Positions 62,401-64,000 of a stretch of DNA of 64,000 nt are shown here, one piece after another (positions within the stretch are counted from its first letter, which is position 1; each line of letters opens with the position of its first letter). A program made the position numbers and the translations under genes. Below the pieces are notes generated by a model. It had not been told where the DNA came from. It saw nothing but the letters and a program-made list of their open reading frames with translations, and searched no databases. The stretch comes from Tubulanus polymorphus (taxonomy: Eukaryota > Animalia > Nemertea), in contig NC_134029.1 in the NCBI RefSeq assembly GCF_964204645.1, positions 21,570,950 through 21,634,949 on the forward strand, in the 5' to 3' direction.

Positions 62401-64000
62401 GTATTGCGTTTTCTCCTAATGAATCCAGTACATTCGTAAGTACAACATATTTCGCTATTCATTTCGTTTTAGTTCCTACGATATCTAACGTAACAAATGC
62501 ATAACTCTATTTACGTGATTATTCATTATAATGAGTACATTTATGAGTTATGTACCGATTGCACTGTTGTTAGCTGTTTATTATCGTCGTACGATCCATC
62601 CAATCTTGCATCTGATGGTATCAGCCTTTATCCTGTCACTAATAGAAATCTTGCCGACGTGTATGTCATCGATGTGTCTCGATCTCTCTTAATCGCGCTC
62701 GGATTTTATGCTTTCGAACTCGATCGAAAAAAAATAAATGAAAAAATTCCCGACGATATTGATATCCAGGTATTGAATATTATTACCATCTGGCTAAACT
62801 AGTTTAAACGATCTAGGCCTCCGTGTCATTGACACGCGCGGGAACATATCGCCACCTATTGGTAATAATTGAGTAAAGCTATTTTCTGCATCGACAGCGA
62901 TCGGCGAGTTGTTTTTACCGCCGGATGATCAGTTGATGTACGGCCGTTAGCACCTAGAGTCCTCGAGTCCTCCGCGCGTCGCGCAATTAGTCACCGAGTT
63001 TGTTTATGCTAAATGAATTTTCAGCAATTTACTGCTAATTTTCAGCAGCCGCGGCTTATCTGTACTGAACAGTCATTTACTGCTACATTGATCACAGTCG
63101 GCTCTAGCCGTGGATTACCGCTATCATTTATGGCCTAAGAAGACGCTTTAGCGGCGAAAAGTTTTTTTTCCCGGATCTCTACGCGGCGTTGTCGCTCGTC
63201 AAAAACATTTTAAGAATTCGAATTCAATTTCACGCTCGCTATTGATGTTAGCGAAAACATTGCTTCGTCTGCGCCACTTTCAGGTCGTATATAGCCATTA
63301 TCTGTAGGCAGTCTGTCGTGTCCGCGAGAAAAGTACTTCCGCAAACAACGAGTTCTTCCATCAATAAGTGCTGTAGCATCTCTTCCCCTCTCCCTCTTTA
63401 CTTTACGGAATTAATGCCATCGTGTTGAGTTTCGTTCTGTATTCCTCCTGCGAAATACCTGAGAGTATGAATCCTACACTTACCTCGAAAACTCTGAACC
63501 TGGGAGGCAGAAAAATCTAGAAAAAAATCTGGGAAAACTTTCGGGGAATTTGACAAGTTTTGCAAAAACTGTTTCTTGATCGATAACGTGATTCATGAAA
63601 AAATCAATAACGCTGTAAACCAATAAATTTCTCCATTCGCCTGCCACCAATTCACTCGGTGAATCAGAGAGATGATGGGCGGAAAGTGGCCACACTGCTA
63701 TAACAAAACAGTGTAGATTATCCTGGCTGAATGAATTTACTTCGGGCATAGTGTTCTCCTTGATCGAGTGGACTTAGGTCAACGTCTTCATTATCTTACT
63801 ACATGTAGGCTTATTACTACTGCTAGGTTTTTTCAAATCCAGGCAATGAAAAGAATGTGAGAAAACTCAGCAAATGATGTTTCTCACTATGTAATTGTCT
63901 TCATCGTCATAAAATGTCCTGATTTTCATGTTGTTTGTGATTTATGATTTTTAGGGTGGAGGCACTATCGTCGTAGCGATTTCTGAGGATACGAATTTAC
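52833..64000 (+). CDS. 5' end of a large-intron gene, probably an AKAP13/ARHGEF28-family RhoGEF (partial)
   Basis: Exons 52833-52845, 62389-62435 and 63955->64000 splice in frame to MAQAERNCRIAFSPNESSTFGGGTIVVAISEDTNL. This resembles the N-termini of AKAP13 (LNPQQAPLYGDCVVTV) and ARHGEF28 as I recall them. Only 35 aa are visible. Confidence 0.5.
56825..57041. mobile_element. Penelope-like remnant: ~100-bp-arm palindrome with degenerate hammerhead cores
   Basis: ATAAAACGAGAAAGATGAAGTA.AGATGAAGT / ACTTCATCT.TACTTCATCTTTCTCGTTTTAT; core CTGAAGA-TGAC..GTT-GAAACGTT; single related copy at ~47675-47765. Confidence 0.65.
57430..58355. repeat. Compound polypyrimidine (CT/CTA/CCT) micro/minisatellite
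   Basis: About 925 bp made almost entirely of C/T, with recurring CTCTCTACTCTCTCC and CTATCTCTCTTCTCCC units. Confidence 0.97.
59025..59230 (+). mobile_element. Dispersed repeat copy
   Basis: AGCTGGATCACACGGAGACGATTT..CATG.AAACCACTC..CTGGAACCAG..GATTTGACCC shared with 60080-60450. Confidence 0.65.
59337..59519. repeat. (CT)n / (CCCT)n microsatellite
   Basis: Directly visible. Confidence 0.97.
60080..60450 (+). mobile_element. Dispersed repeat copy
   Basis: AGCTGCGATCACACGGAGACGATTT start and repeated GCCAAATTTG. Confidence 0.65.
61260..61570. repeat. Local direct duplication
   Basis: TTTCAGCCGTCTGCTTGTTCACGGCGAATCACCTGTAT.AAGCGTGTTT.ATATTTTC.GCTGATTATT at 61260 and 61477; TTAACTCTTTCCCTGT block also duplicated. 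Confidence 0.9.

Overview
Eukaryotic (metazoan, most likely lophotrochozoan) genomic DNA with compact, intron-rich genes. It is not prokaryotic, so most short ORFs in the track are exon fragments or noise. Gene order: [-] 5' half of a mitochondrial-clan cytochrome P450 (CYP10-like); [+] perilipin with a long acidic tail; [-] complete 17-exon SREBP carrying an intronic miR-33; [+] SQSTM1/p62, head-to-head with SREBP; [+] complete ASH1L H3K36 methyltransferase; [+] 5' end of a probable AKAP13/ARHGEF28-type RhoGEF with alternative first exons. Introns hold several MITE families, Penelope-type hammerhead ribozyme remnants and CT microsatellites. Main leads: a tight lipid/autophagy neighbourhood (CYP-PLIN-SREBP/miR-33-p62), LIR-like motifs in the perilipin tail, KIR-like STGE motifs in an invertebrate p62 whose promoter carries ARE/kB/E-box/CRE sites, and candidate regulatory exons in SREBP. 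Exon boundaries were read by eye from GT-AG sites and frame continuity. Homology calls come from motif recognition; no database search was run.
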